The translations under genes and the position numbers were made by a program. A stretch of 64,000 nucleotides of DNA, taken from NCBI RefSeq assembly GCF_009914755.1, contig NC_060931.1. One strand, written 5' to 3'. A model generated the notes under the pieces. That model was not told the origin of the DNA. It ran no database searches and worked only from the letters and a program-made list of their open reading frames with translations. This document shows positions 15,680-30,920 of the stretch, one piece after another (position 1 is the first letter of the stretch; each line of letters opens with the position of its first letter). This DNA is from the human T2T-CHM13v2.0 reference genome, Homo sapiens.

Positions 15680-16450
15680 CCGTAAATATGAACATTTCAT
15701 GAAAATAGAGAAACAACTTTATAGAAAAATATAGTAATGCTAAATCTATACAGGAGCCTCACAATATATAAAACATAAAATTAAATAAGAAGGCTTAAAC
15801 CCCATTAACATTGCCTTAAATTATTAAGCAAAATCGATAGAGCTAAAGGAAACAGGCAAATCCTCTATCATAGTAGCCTTTAAAACAGTTTTCAATAGCT
15901 GATAAAATAGATAAGAAATAAAAAATTATATTGACCATATGTTAGAATATAAAGTAAGCATCCACAGATTTCAAAATACTAAACATTTCAGAGTATGTTT
16001 TCTGACCACCACAATAAACAATAGTAAAAAAAGGTAACTATTAAATGATTTAAATAAATATAAAAAAGTAATAATCCTAAGGAATTGGATTGAATATAAT
16101 TCAATATATATATTATTTGGATTATTTGAATATAATTCAAATATAATTCAATATATAAATATATGTTCAATATAATTCAATATATTATATTCAATAATAA
16201 TTCAATATATATTCAATGATAATTCAATTTTTTTGAATTTTCATATTGATTTCCTCTCTGACTTATGGATTATTTAAGAATTATTTATAAACTTACAGAT
16301 CAGAGATGAAATCTATGATCAATGTAAAAATTCAATTATATATTGAACTGAATGGTAATGAAGTTATGACAAATTAAAAACTGCTGGATACAACTAGGGC
16401 AGTACTTAAAAAATTTATAGTCATAAATGAATATATTACAAAAGAAGTGG
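15680..16450 (+). mobile_element. Old L1M ORF2 (endonuclease/linker) fragment with internal micro-inversion
   Basis: Motifs ttgaccatatgttag, agtatgttttctgaccac, ggatacaactagggcagtactta...aaatttatag. Confidence 0.65.
16092..16228. repeat. AT-rich imperfect tandem repeat, unit about ATATAATTCA
   Basis: Roughly eight degenerate copies of (at)aattcaat visible. Confidence 0.8.
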
Positions 16451-16459
16451 CTGAATTAT

Positions 16460-16675
16460 TATAGTAGTACAGTTAATTTTATACAGTGATAATACCGCAT
16501 CTTTACATTCATTCACATTTCTCTAGACTGTGAATGGAGCCATGCATGGTCTGTTAGTGTTTGTGTATACAAATTGTTGAAAATCTCCAAAAAATTTTCC
16601 AAAATACTTATTGAAAAAAGTCTGCATATAAGTGTACCCATGTAGTTCAAACCTGTGTTGTTGAAGGGGTAACTA
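16460..16675 (+). mobile_element. Tigger2-family DNA transposon, right end
   Basis: gaaaaaagtctgcatataagtgtacccatgtagttcaaacctgtgttgttgaaggggtaacta-TA resembles the Tigger2/MER8 terminus. Confidence 0.7.
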
Positions 16676-16981
16676 TATGCTGTTAGAGGTCATGAGACTC
16701 TTTACTCCTGTAGCAGGAGACACAATAATGACCTTACTGGAGGGGGTTATGAAGGAAGTTTCCAGAGTGTTAGCTATGTGAGTATGGTTATATTGTGAAT
16801 GATGAGATGTTTATCTATTTGCTATTAAATAGTAACTTCCATAAACAATAACAACAACTAAATATGTTTATGAAGAGTGTATTGTTTGAATACAGTATAC
16901 AGGAAACAATACTGTGAAAAGTAAGCAATTTTTTGACGTTTAAATAAGTATGTATTACATTTCTATGATGATAATATTTCT

Positions 16982-17283
16982 TTTTATTTATTTATTTATT
17001 TTTGAGTCAGAGTTTTCTCTTGTTGCCCAGACTGGAGTGCAGTAGCACAATCTTGGCTCACCACAACCTCCGCCCTCCGGGTTCAAGCGATTCTCCTGCC
17101 TCAGCCTCCTGAATAGCTGGGATTACAAGCATTACCACCACGCCCGGCTGATTTTGTATTTTTAGTAGAGACAGGGTTTCTCCATGTTGGTCAGGCTGGT
17201 CTTGAACTCCTGACCTCAGGTGATCCGCCAGCATCAACCTCCCAAAGTGCTGGGATTACAGGTGTGAGCTACCATGCCTGGCT
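16982..17283 (-). mobile_element. AluSp-like
   Basis: Full dimer with Sp-type motifs (ctcttgttgccc, tttctccatgttggtcagg); 14-bp TSD atgataatatttct at 16968 and 17284. Confidence 0.95.
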
Positions 17284-18310
17284 ATGATAATATTTCTATT
17301 TCTTTTTATCTTTACACAAACATTCTCTATTATCCTCTTATTCTCAAGGAAACAGCATTAATAGGTCATAAAAAGTGCCTAAGAGTAGAACACAGCTGAA
17401 CACTGTCCTCGTTTATGAGCAGCAGACTGACCATGAAGGACAGAATTAAACTCAAGCATTAGAAGAAAAAGACAACCAAGATGATGAAGAGGTTACATGG
17501 AAACCCATGTAACAGAGGAAAAGATGAAGAAACAGAAATATTTAAAATCTAAGGGACTGAATATATACAAAATATTTAAAAGCTGTCCAAAGCATCATGT
17601 AGTAATTTCCAAAGAAAAATTCCAGAAGTGCATTGAACAAAAAAGCTCAATTAAATAAATATTATAGCAATAAAGATAATAATTTTGAGAAAATAATAAT
17701 CCTTTGTATTTGTAAGTTCTAAAATTTTTTTAATTGTGCTATTTAATAACTCTACCCTATATTAAAGGCTTTCTTACATTTAGTTATTTAACTACAGGCA
17801 TAATTTTTAAAGTTCCTGTTCATATCTTATTTCTTATAAATGAAAACCAACTTAATTTGATTTTATACTTAGTATCTCAATGTTTTCATTGAACTTGAAT
17901 TAACACAAGAAATGGGAAAGAATAATATAATCTCCTAATCTTTGTATACATTTTTTCTTGTTGACCTAAAGCTCTTTTTTAAAACATTAAAAAATAAATG
18001 TTCTTTATCAAAATCTACAGATAAAACTTCTATAGCATTAGTCTGTATTTAGAAACAGAAGACAGAATGGAACCAGTTTTAATCATGGCATGTAATACAT
18101 TTCTGGGGAATGAAAGCAGTGGTTTGTTCAAATGAAGATGTTTCTTACTGTAAATTATTTGAAGTCTGATAATATTTACATTACTTCTTATCTCCTGAAA
18201 AGCTTGCTGTCATGTTCTAACAAAGCAACTATATAATTAGTGCTAACTAGTTTCAGTGAACAATACAGAGTTCTCTTCAAATAAATATAAGTTCTAGACA
18301 ATATGAATTA

Positions 18311-18475
<165 letters not shown>

Positions 18476-19133
18476 TCAATATTTTAAAGCATTTGATAAA
18501 ATAAGAATATGCTTACTTCAAAACACCAAACCTTATTCTTCCTTTTAATTAAGTCTTCTAAGAGGATTAAAACAGAGACATTTTCTTGGCTTTCAATACA
18601 CACTGCAAAATTATTTTGCAGAAGTGTTCTATAAATACTAATTTTAGAAAGTTTAGTAAAACAAAAATAAAAATCTCATTCAGTGTAAATTGTCTGGAGA
18701 GAAAATAACCTTTTCTATTGCTTCAAGGTTTACAAATCATGAAACATAAATGTAGTCAAATAAGAAAAATGCAATTTATAAAATAAACATAACTAAATTT
18801 AGAATGAAAACAAAGGCTAAGATATTTACAGCAGATATGAAGAGTTGCATCCATACTGCATAAAGAATTTATGAAAACTGTCATAAAAATCAGGATGATA
18901 CAGTAAATATGTCGTACAAATGAATAAACAATACATAGAAAACTATGTCATAACAAAAACTCAAAAGAGAAAATGGTAATTCTTGCTAGTCACCTATAAA
19001 AAATTATACATTATAACAAAAGAGAGGTATTTTTAAAATTTAAACTGGTAGAAAAATTTAATATTTGGGTTGCTATAAAACGATAACTTCAAACACTGGT
19101 GGTAGTAAAAACTGTAATAGATCCTGCCTTAAA

Positions 19134-21110
19134 ATTTTTTTTTTTTTTTTGTAATTAACATATAAAAGATTGTATGTATTTATGGTGTGCTATACATGGT
19201 TCTGAAGTACACATACATTGTGAAATCATCAAATCTAGCTAATGAAAATACACACATTACCTCACAGTTATTTTTGCAGCGAGAACACTTAACATCCATT
19301 TTCTTAGCATTTTTCAAGAATGCAACATATTTTTCACTATAGTCACTATGTTATACAATAGAACCCCTGAACTTATTCTTCCTAACTGAAATATTGTATC
19401 AGTTGACCAACATCTCCCCAAAACCTTCCCATAACCACACAGACCCCTGGCAACAACCATTCTACTCTCTACTTCTATAAGATCAATTTTTTAAGATTCT
19501 GTGCCTGGCTTATTTTACTTAAGAATGTCCTCCAGGTTCATCCATGTTGTTGTAAATGACAGAATTTCCTTTGTATGTCTAAATAGTATTCCACTGTGTA
19601 TACAGACCACATTTTCTTTATTCATCCATTAATGGATGCTTAGGTTTATTCTATGCCTATTGTGAATAAGCCTGCAATGAACATGGGAGTGCAGATATCT
19701 CTTCAACATACTGATTATTTACTTTTGATATACATAGTAGTACTCCCTATCTGAAGTGTCACTTTCCACAGTTTCAGTTTCCTGCAGTCAACTGTGATCT
19801 ATAAATATTTAATGGAAAATTACAGAAATAAACAATGTGAATCATCTCTTCATGCAGGGTATCCACACTGTCCACGCTCCCTGCCTGTTTGTCACTTAGT
19901 AGCTGTTTCAGCTATCATATCAACTGTCGAGGTATCGCAGTGCTTGTGATCATGTGACCCTTATTTTACTTAATAATTGCCCCAAAGTGCTAAGGCAAAG
20001 TGATAAGTGCTTAAACTTTATCACAGATACGTATATTTAGGAGAAAACAGTATATACAGGGTTCAGTACCATCCACGGTTTTGGGCAGCTGCTGGGGGTC
20101 TTGGAGCATATCCCCTTTGGACAAAGGAAAAGTACTGTACCCAGTAGTGAGATTATGGGATCATATGGTAGTTCTAATTTTTGGAAGAACATTTATATGT
20201 TTTCCACAATACCTGTGCCACGTACAACGTGCAAATGTTATCTTTTCTTCACACCCTCTCGATACTAGTCTTCTTTTTGATAACAGCTATCCTAATAGGT
20301 GTGAAGTGATATCTTGTTGTGGTTTTAATGATTAGTGATGTTGAACATCTTTTCGCATACCTGTCTGCCATTTGTATGTCATTTTTAAAGAAATGTCTAT
20401 TCAGGTCCTTTGCCCATGTTTAAATTGGGTTGTTTTCTAACCATCTAGTTGAGTTCCTCATATACTTTAGATATTAACCCATTATCAGATACAGTTTGCA
20501 AATATTTTCTCTCATTCTTTACTCTGTTAATGTTGGCTGTGCAGAAGGTTTTTAAGTTTGATACAATCCCATTTGTCTATTCTTGCTTTCACTGCCTGAG
20601 CTTTTGAGGTCCTTTCCAAAGAATCTTTGGTGAGATCAATGTCATGGAGCTCTTCCCCTATGTTTTCTTCTAGTAGGTTCATAGTACTACATTGAATAGA
20701 GTGGGCATCTGTCTTGATACAGATCTTAGAGAAAAAGCTTTCAACTTTTTCTGCATTTATTAAAATGATCATATAATTTTTGTGCTCCATTCTGCTAACA
20801 AACATTTTGATTTGCATATGTGGAACCACCCTTGAATACCTGGAATAAATCCTACTTGATCATGGTGAATAGTCTCTTTAATGTGCTGTTGAATTTGGTT
20901 TGCTAGTATTCTGTTGAGGATTTTTGCATCTGTATTGGCCTGTAGTTTTTTTGCTTGTTCAGTTTTTATTGTGTCTTTGTCTGTCTTCAGTATCAGAGTG
21001 ATGCTGGCCTCGTGAAATGAGTTTGGAAACATTCCCTTCTCTTCCATTTTTGGAAGAGGCTGAGAAGAATTGGTGTTAGTTCTCCATTGAATGTTTGATA
21101 CAATTTGATG
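19134..21110 (-). mobile_element. L1MA-type LINE (3'UTR and ORF2 pieces, internally deleted)
   Basis: Poly-T at 19134; ORF-track peptides [13 protein letters not shown]...[31 protein letters not shown] and KIDKWD.IKLK-like motifs. Confidence 0.9.
19734..20138. mobile_element. MER44 (Tigger7) DNA element nested in the L1MA
   Basis: Ends resemble CAGTAGTCCCCCCTTATCC; internal tttccacagtttcagtt and gtcacttagtagc motifs; TA flanks. Confidence 0.75.
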
Positions 21111-21876
21111 CTGCCTATATACATGATTCAGAAAATGCATTGACTTTCTGTCCTTCCTAGTCCCCTAGTAATGAAGGTATAGAGATTGAAAGGAACAAAC
21201 CCCAAAACAGTGAAGGAAAGGAGAGTGGAAGAAAATATCAACATATTTCAGGAAAATGGAAGGTAAGTGGTTAAGGGATAAAATAAACAGAGGAGGCCAA
21301 AATCCAGAAGATACTACAAGGTGGCTACAGTGAAGATGGGAGCCACTGGGATTAAGGGTGAGAGTAAAAAGTAGGGCTGAAATCAGGGGATCAATTAGAA
21401 GTTTACACACAGAACAAGTGTTTCAATGACTACCCATCCTTATTCTCCGCTTCCCTGAAAATGACTTCAGGCAGCATCTTTGTATTTAACAACCTTTCCA
21501 TTTTGCAAAATTCTAGGAACAAAGGCTCTTTTCCAAGGGGGCTGCACTCATTAACTGGGAAGTGGTAAGACTTCTCATGTTGGTGTTAACAACTAGAATA
21601 ATTTCCTCCTCACCATCACATTAGGGAACCTACAGCCTAGTTGGAAGTTCTCATCCCACCCACCCTAGGCTGAAAATTTCAATCAATATGCCCTAACAAG
21701 TACTATTAGTCACTATCAAGTTTCCCACTCAAGGGGAGGGCGTATTAGAGAAACAAACTACTTACATACAAAGCAAAGGAGAAAGGTATATAAAACCTAA
21801 AATAAACTATACCTACATTTTTAAATATAAAAAGACAGCAGAAAATTACCAGACATTAGAATAAAAATGGAAGACA

Positions 21877-22376
<500 letters not shown>

Positions 22377-22421
22377 TTAATAAGCACTTTCAGAAAGAGT
22401 AAAAATATATTATATTCTCAT

Positions 22422-23825
22422 CCCTTGAGGACCCATTGGCTCCAGTTTTAGGTTTTAAGTTTCCTTTGTCAATATTTCTTACTATTAGTAAGGACTGATA
22501 CTTCATGACATTTTTTCTTTGCTAGTGGTCTTCCAAAGACCAAAGATAAATTTTATTTATTTTCCAAAATAGAGAACACATTCTTACTTGCAATTACCAT
22601 ATGGCTCTATTGTACCCTTTTATATATCTGACATACATTATGGGATCTTTTTTCCTATATCTTGAAATATAGATATTCATTATCTGAGTAATTATTTCAT
22701 CACTATGCATTAATTATTTCTGTGTACACTTAAAAAGACTAATTTTTAAAATGTGAAATGAGGCAATTGTCTAAAGGATGATACAAGAATGAAATAAATA
22801 ATCACTATTATATCATTCTTCAGTTTTTGTACTGCAAGACATAAAAGAAGTCTGGAGACACCATCTTTTGAGTTTCTTCTTTAGCTTTATTTAAACATGG
22901 TTAAAAATTCAGAATTTTAAAATTTGTGCCCATGGTCAGTGAGAACACTGATGGAGGAAGTCATTTAACCATTATTAGATGAATCAGAAGCTAAATGCAA
23001 AACAGCAGCACTTTAGCTAATGATGATAAAATTGATCACATAAGTGAAATCTCAGGCTATTTATCTCCAGATGATATCCTATATAAAGTTTCTCAAGCTC
23101 AAAAATTGATGCATGAAAATATGTTTCTAAAAATAGGGAGAAAATACAAAATATTTCTGAAAACAGAGAGGAAATATGGTATTCTTATCCAGTAAGTCAT
23201 TCAACAAAAATGATTTCACCATACGTTATTCTGGGACATGACTGAGGACCATTCCATTTTGCTAAAATGACTTGTGATGGCATTCTTTCATCTTACATGA
23301 TATTTACATACCAAAATTTACATAAAATGGCATGGAAGTGGATATGCAGTAGGCAAATGTATAAATAAAGGTAGTGGAAAGAATAGGTGATATCAAAATG
23401 AAAGATCAATCTTTAATCATTTGAATTGATGTTCAGAAATCTAAAATAGAAACTGCTTTGTAATTATGGAGCAAAAACAGCTGCTCTCTCCAAAAAAATT
23501 TTTGAGTCGACAAAGTTTTCAAAAGTATTTTGATGATGCAAGTGCAAGAAGAAAAACCAAAAGCAGTAATAAGCTAGAACCATTTGTTTGTATATCTTTA
23601 AAACTAGGAAAATATGGGATTATGAAATAAAAATGACTTTGCTATGTTTATATCCTTTTTATAATCTTTAATGACTTTATTACCTCTTTATTCGCACTGC
23701 TGTATAATATTTGAAAAATGACTTAAACATTCAAAAACTTTAAAAGGTTTGGACTCATATAGTAAAAGATAATGATTGTTTTTCCTATTATGCTTAGGTG
23801 TCAAAAAACTGATATCTCCTAGAAC
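22422..23825 (+). mobile_element. piggyBac-like fossil (Looper)
   Basis: Begins cccttgaggacc and is followed by TTAA at 23826; 23502-23585 translates LSRQSFQKYFDDASARRKTKSSNKLEPF, resembling the piggyBac transposase motif MSR.RF...FDD...R...DKL.P. Confidence 0.7.
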
Positions 23826-24377
23826 TTAAAGCAAAAGGAAAAAGAATGACAAAAGGACAGAAAATAGAAGGAAAAAAATGAATGAGACAGCAAACTCAAA
23901 GAATTGGGCCTTCTGAACTCTGCCTTCTGAGAAAGAGATCCTCTTTATGGATATCTGGATATGGTGCACCTGCTTCCCCACAATGAGGTTATATCCTCAC
24001 TTACGCAATTTGGTTCAAAACTCAGGGGCACTGAACATATGTACCATTACTGAAGTATACAGACTGTTTCTGTAAATTTTTCTGGAACATACATATTAAA
24101 GGAAATTCATGTGGCAAGAATGGGCCCTTGTTCTCAACTGCAGCACTTGTGCACTTTTGTGGACATTCCACAGCAAATACATACTCTGTAAAAAATACAG
24201 GAGCAAAAGAAAAGCCATACAAAAATATTCTACTGACTGTTCTACTCTACATAGACTTTGTTTCTGTTAAATTCTGTACCCCAGGCAAAAAAGTCAGAAC
24301 CAAAGAACAGCTAACAATCTTATTCCATAAAATCAACCTTAGTACAATATCTGACCAAGAGAAGCCCCAAAAGTAAA

Positions 24378-24940
24378 TTGTTCAAGAATAGAGGAAGAAC
24401 ATTTACTAGAAATGAAGATGCAGTCTTCCAATTAAAAGGGCCCATTGAAGGCAAACAGGATAAATGATCACACCAAGTCACATAATTGTGAAATTAGGGA
24501 ACACCAAATATTTTTTAAAATTCTGAAAACTTCTGTAGAGAATAAAACAAGTTACCAATGCAAGACTGTGAAGCAGATTAACATCAGACTTTTCTATCAA
24601 CATGACTGGGGTTACTAAAAAGACAACAAATCAATGGCTTCAAAAGTCTAAGGAATAATTTCGATACTTCAACTTTATAAAACCTGACAAAACTATCAAT
24701 CAAGCATAAAGACAGATGAAGAACATTTCCAGATTTTGGCCAATCAGATATTTTACCTCCACAGTATCTTTCTTAGGTAATTCTCCAGCAATACAATGGG
24801 AAAAACCATAAAACAGAAAAAAGCAGAGTACGGACAATAGTAATGGATCTCCCAGATAGATAGATAGAGAGCAGGCCTAGCAAACAACTACTCTAGATTG
24901 GAGCAGAAGAAAGGGAGCTGATAAGAAAGGAGAGGTCCAT
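24378..24940 (+). mobile_element. Old L1M ORF1 fragment
   Basis: attaaaagggcccattga, cacaccaagtcacataattgtgaaatt, cagattaacatcagactttt and caaaactatcaatcaag motifs. Confidence 0.65.
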
Positions 24941-24958
24941 TAAAAAAAAGAGTAATCA

Positions 24959-26045
<1,087 letters not shown>

Positions 26046-28465
26046 ATCCCATACACAACTACATATTTATATAAACTTAAGGGCATAGTGAAGGCGCAGT
26101 TTTATTATTAATAATGATAGCAACAAAAAAGAAAAGGCATTAAAAATCCCACAAAATATAAAAGGCTATACAGGAATATCTGATCCAAATATGAAGAAAA
26201 CTAAAATGTAGCATAGAGATAGCCAAAGAATGGAAGAAATATGTATGGTTACAGAAGAGAATATAAATGCTCATAATTATGACAAAAGATAAGTAAAGGT
26301 ATACCTGACAGAAGACTAGAGAAGAAAGTAAACAACAACACTGAATAAAGTTGACGAATAAGAAATGAAAGACAAATATATTATTTAAAGTTAAAGAGAA
26401 TCAATAAGAAAAAAAGATTAAAAATTTAAAAGGAATTATATTTTCCATAGTATAAAACATTTATATAATCTAAACTCTTCCTCTGAAAATACTAATTGTT
26501 TGATAAATTACAACCACATGGTAACACTTCTAAAAAATCATTTCTCCAATCATAAGTTAATCCCAGGATAAAAACAAATAATCCAGGAGGTGAACAAAGA
26601 TGGGAGGCAAATTCAAAAGCTAAAACACATCTGAAAGGGCTCTCACTAGAAATCTAGAGTTTTGGAAATTATATACCAAGTCTGAGAAAAGAAACTACAT
26701 CTTGGTCTATTGCAAGGTAGAAGCTGAAAGTGAGCTATCAGCAGAAATCAGTGACCTTAAAAAACGGTAGCTAGGGAAAAAAATCCACCTGCTAGCATAG
26801 GGAATCATGAAGAAAATCTGCCTGTCTGTGCCACGGTTTGGAAATGAGGGAAAAATAATAATAGGCCAGTTTGTGGAGTAACTGGCATTAATACATTCAA
26901 TGAAATTTCTGTAGATATCCTCTTAGTTTGGTTTTCTTTAGTTTTTGTTTTGTTTTGGTTTTCGTTAATGGCAAACGACATGCTGACTCTAAAGTTAAAA
27001 TGGAAGAGCAGGGGGCTACCGTTATTTAAGACATACTTGGAAAAGAAGAATGCAATAGGATATTTTTCTGTTGAATAGCAAGATTAAAAAGTAAAGAAAT
27101 TAGGATAATGTAGTGTTTTCTGAGAGGGAAAATTCATTCTTTAGCAATATAAGATTTTGGTGATAAAGAGAAAAAAATCACTATCACTTCTCTATTTGTA
27201 CTTCACCTATGTAAAAGTTAATTCCTACTACATACATTAACGGTTTCATCTAAAAACAAATCCCACAATACACAATACAACAACTGTTCTTCCACACAGT
27301 ACATCATTTATGTTATGTGACATCCAACTAACACCCTCTCACAGAGGATTTTTTGGTAATAGCTTATAGTGTTTCCCCAAACACTATACTGGCTATTAAC
27401 TTTGCAGCTGGATTCATAAGCATATTCCCAATAGTGTCACTTGAACCTGTTTATGCTGTAAGTAGAACTGTGAATAATGCCTGTATAGTTTTGATGCCCC
27501 TTTTCCCCACAAATGTGACATAATTAAGCAATTTCACAGTGAAACAAATGATTGGTTTGCCAATAAAAAAAAACACACAATGTACTTTGCATAAAACACA
27601 ACTATTTTGAAGGTTTGAAGTTTCTTAAAATTTCGTGATAAACACAAGGGCAAAGAGTTCACTAGTCTGACAAAATCCAATTCAGATTTTAAGCTGCAGT
27701 AATTCTGTATTACGTCTCTCACTTTAAATGCTCCAAATTGATCTACTTTCGTAAACTGTGAATATAAGACCAATACAGGAAAAAAACTGTGAATTTAACT
27801 AGGCATAAATAATACTAAATAGTTTAATTTAATGTTAATGTTAGTTTAACTTAATGTTTAAATAGTTTAATGTTAGCCAAGATGAACTGACAAAGCTCAG
27901 TCCCTGTAGCACTTACATAATATTGAAGAATGTAATGACTACAGAAAACTATTGAGATTTTTGTAAAAATTTAGATTTAATCTAAATTTTAAAATACTGA
28001 AAATTGTTTCACATTTTGATTTTTCTATGAAGATGTCAACTTTCCAAAAGATGACCTAACAGACTGCAAAAGACTCTAGGTAACACTTTGAGAAACATTA
28101 TTGTAGACCCACTATCGAGATCTTTACAAGGCCACCTCTTGCTTTTGCAGAATCTTTGTGCAAGTTAGAAAAAGACTCTCCTTTCTCAAATAAAAGTACT
28201 GCAAAAACCTAAACAATTTTACAGAGGAACGTGACTGAGTCCAAGAGAGCAGCAGCCTTGGCTACATACACACACACAATTCTATTAAATCACTGAATTG
28301 TAGGCTCAGATATACTTACAGTAGCAATACTTCCAAAATATCATCTACTTGCTACAATGCAAGCTCTCTAAAATGACGTAACTACACGTTAGCATGTTCT
28401 TAGAATCTCCTAAGGTTATCTATAAAATAATGAGCAGTTTCAAAATAAAATACTCTTTCAATATA

Positions 28466-28781
28466 CAGTCATGTACTGCTTAATGATGGGGATACGTTCT
28501 AAGAGATGTGTAGTTAGGCGATTTCATTGTTCTGCGATCACCGAGTGTACTTACACAAGCCCAGACGATGTTTATTTTTAAAGTTATATATATATTTTCA
28601 TATGAAAAAACACAATGTCCCAGCATCATTACTACACATCAGTCATTTCCCCTAACTGATCTGTTATGCCAATATTAAGTGCCACGTATCAGGTTTCTAC
28701 ACATGCTCCATTATAATCTTACGAGACCACTGTCATACACGCAGTCCACTGTTGATCAAAATGTTATGTGGCACATGACTG
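28466..28781 (-). mobile_element. Tigger3-family MITE (Tigger3d-like)
   Basis: TIRs cagtcatgt / acatgactg with TA duplications at 28464 and 28782; 316 bp. Confidence 0.85.
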
Positions 28782-30769
28782 TACTTTATTTTTAATTTAA
28801 ATAAGTACATATTTATTAAAAGAAACAAAATTCAGGTTAAGAGAACAAGTGGCATTTAAAAAATCTATTCAATAATCTATCAAGAACAATAAGAAAAAAA
28901 TAGCAAGCTAAAAGAAATGTTAAACACCTTTCAGGTTCCCTCAATTAGCATTAGATTCATGGCATGAAGGGAACCACACTACTTGTTTTAACAAATAGTA
29001 ACAATGCAAACTGCTAAAATATGTCTTATTTAACTGCTCCAAGGAAGTGAAGTGTTTTACCAAATACACACGCAAAAATATCCTTCAGTAATGACTTCAC
29101 AAATAAAAATATTTTCCCCATGCCTTATTTTTTGCTCTTTCCCAAACGAAGGTACAAAGCTAAAGGTAATTTAGAAGTCTATCTTCTTGTTAGCTAACAT
29201 TAACAGGGAAAGTGGAAAGAGTAGAAAATCCTTTAATAAATCAGCATTCGTACTTTAAATAAATAGTACACAGTACTTATAATGTATATCTTTAAACCAT
29301 TGATAAAGTGTTGTCTTTAATGCTTTAGTAATACTTCATATTTAAACTGCTGACAAAGTACTTAACTAGTTTAACACTTTGGTAATAATTCACATAGCTT
29401 GATATAAATCTGGAAAAGATAACAAATGATAAATTAAGTTTTCTATTTTGCAATCTTGAGCAATTCAACGAATTGACTCAGTATGATTAAGTGTAAATTG
29501 CCTTGGAGTTTTATTATAAGGGAGAGCTGGTAGTTCATCTTAGCAAGGTTTTTAATCAAAGAAGCATGCATGCATAAATTACACAATCCAGAAAAAGTTC
29601 TTCCATGAAAGTTGCTTCATCTCCTTTTTATCTACTAAAACACTGCTGTTTTTAAACCAATCAGTATTTGAGCAACACTATTCCATTGGTAGAAAAGTAT
29701 ATCATTAAAACATTCAAGTAATACCTATGAAGGCAAATCACTGAATCAAGCTACATTATGTGCTGTCATCTTACTTCTTTTACAAGGAAACTTACTGTAC
29801 AATACAAAAATAAGAGCACTCTTTATTTTTCTGGTGTGAGCTTACATAATTTCCACTTGTGCTTTCATTCTATTGCAAGAGCATGACAGCATGGAAGATG
29901 AAAGAAGAAAGAATATATGTTATGATATAATAAATATTATGATATATACAGTGACACAGATTAGATAGATGTTAGACATTGCATGAGTTCATAAACGTTA
30001 TTCTGGTGGAGTTTTACTTCCATGTTTTACACTATACATAAGACTAGAGAAAAAGTCTTTTAACTGAATGAGTAAAAGACTGTACCACAAGTTTTAAGAA
30101 TTAAAAAAACAGTACTAAATTTTATGATTCATTAAAACAATTCAAACTCTAAACTAATGAAGACAGGGATAATTCTCTAAATTAGTATGCTAATAATTTG
30201 GGAAAAAGTCATGAAAGACAAGCTAGTGCTCGTCTCATAGAAGTCAGATGGAAGCCTGAAGTCTCATCAAAAAAGTCATTCCTGAAAATGAGAAATAGCA
30301 AAAAATAAATACAAAGTGAAGTGATAGGGAGAGGAAAGTGTCTTTTCTCCATCTCCATTCTTTAGATGAAAATTGATAGAATAGCTGGAAAACAGTATAA
30401 GTAAGCTGAAGAGGGGAGGCTTGTCTCAACTACCCAAATCTTTAAAGAGGTAAGTGATAACCTGCCATGACCTGAATGAGTCCATTTCTGAAAGGCAGTT
30501 AAGCACCTGGGAAGAGTCTCCCCTCACTCACCTAGACATATTTATTTTTTGACTCCTGAGAAATGGAAAACTCAGTGTCTGTCTGATCCACCAACTCCAT
30601 TCATTGTAACAGGTAACTCATCATTCAATTTGAAAATATATATTCAAAAAGCATGGTATCTTTCACAAATGAAGGTTCTATCTTACATAGCCAAAAAACA
30701 GAAAAGTAGAGTTTTACCAATTGGGGAAAGACTAAAAAAAAGTTTATGTAACTAATAGTTATAGTAATT

Positions 30770-30920
30770 GTATTGTAATTATTCATTAATTTATCTGTCT
30801 TCACAAAATTTAATCCCTTGTCAGAAACAATGACATATATAACTTTGAATTTCCCATGTCATATTATCTGGCATATAGAAAATAAATAAGCAGTTTGCTG
30901 AACAAACAAATGAGTGAACC
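30770..30920 (+). mobile_element. L2 3' end
   Basis: tctggcatatag...aataagcagtttgctgaacaaacaaatgagtgaa tail. Confidence 0.55.
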
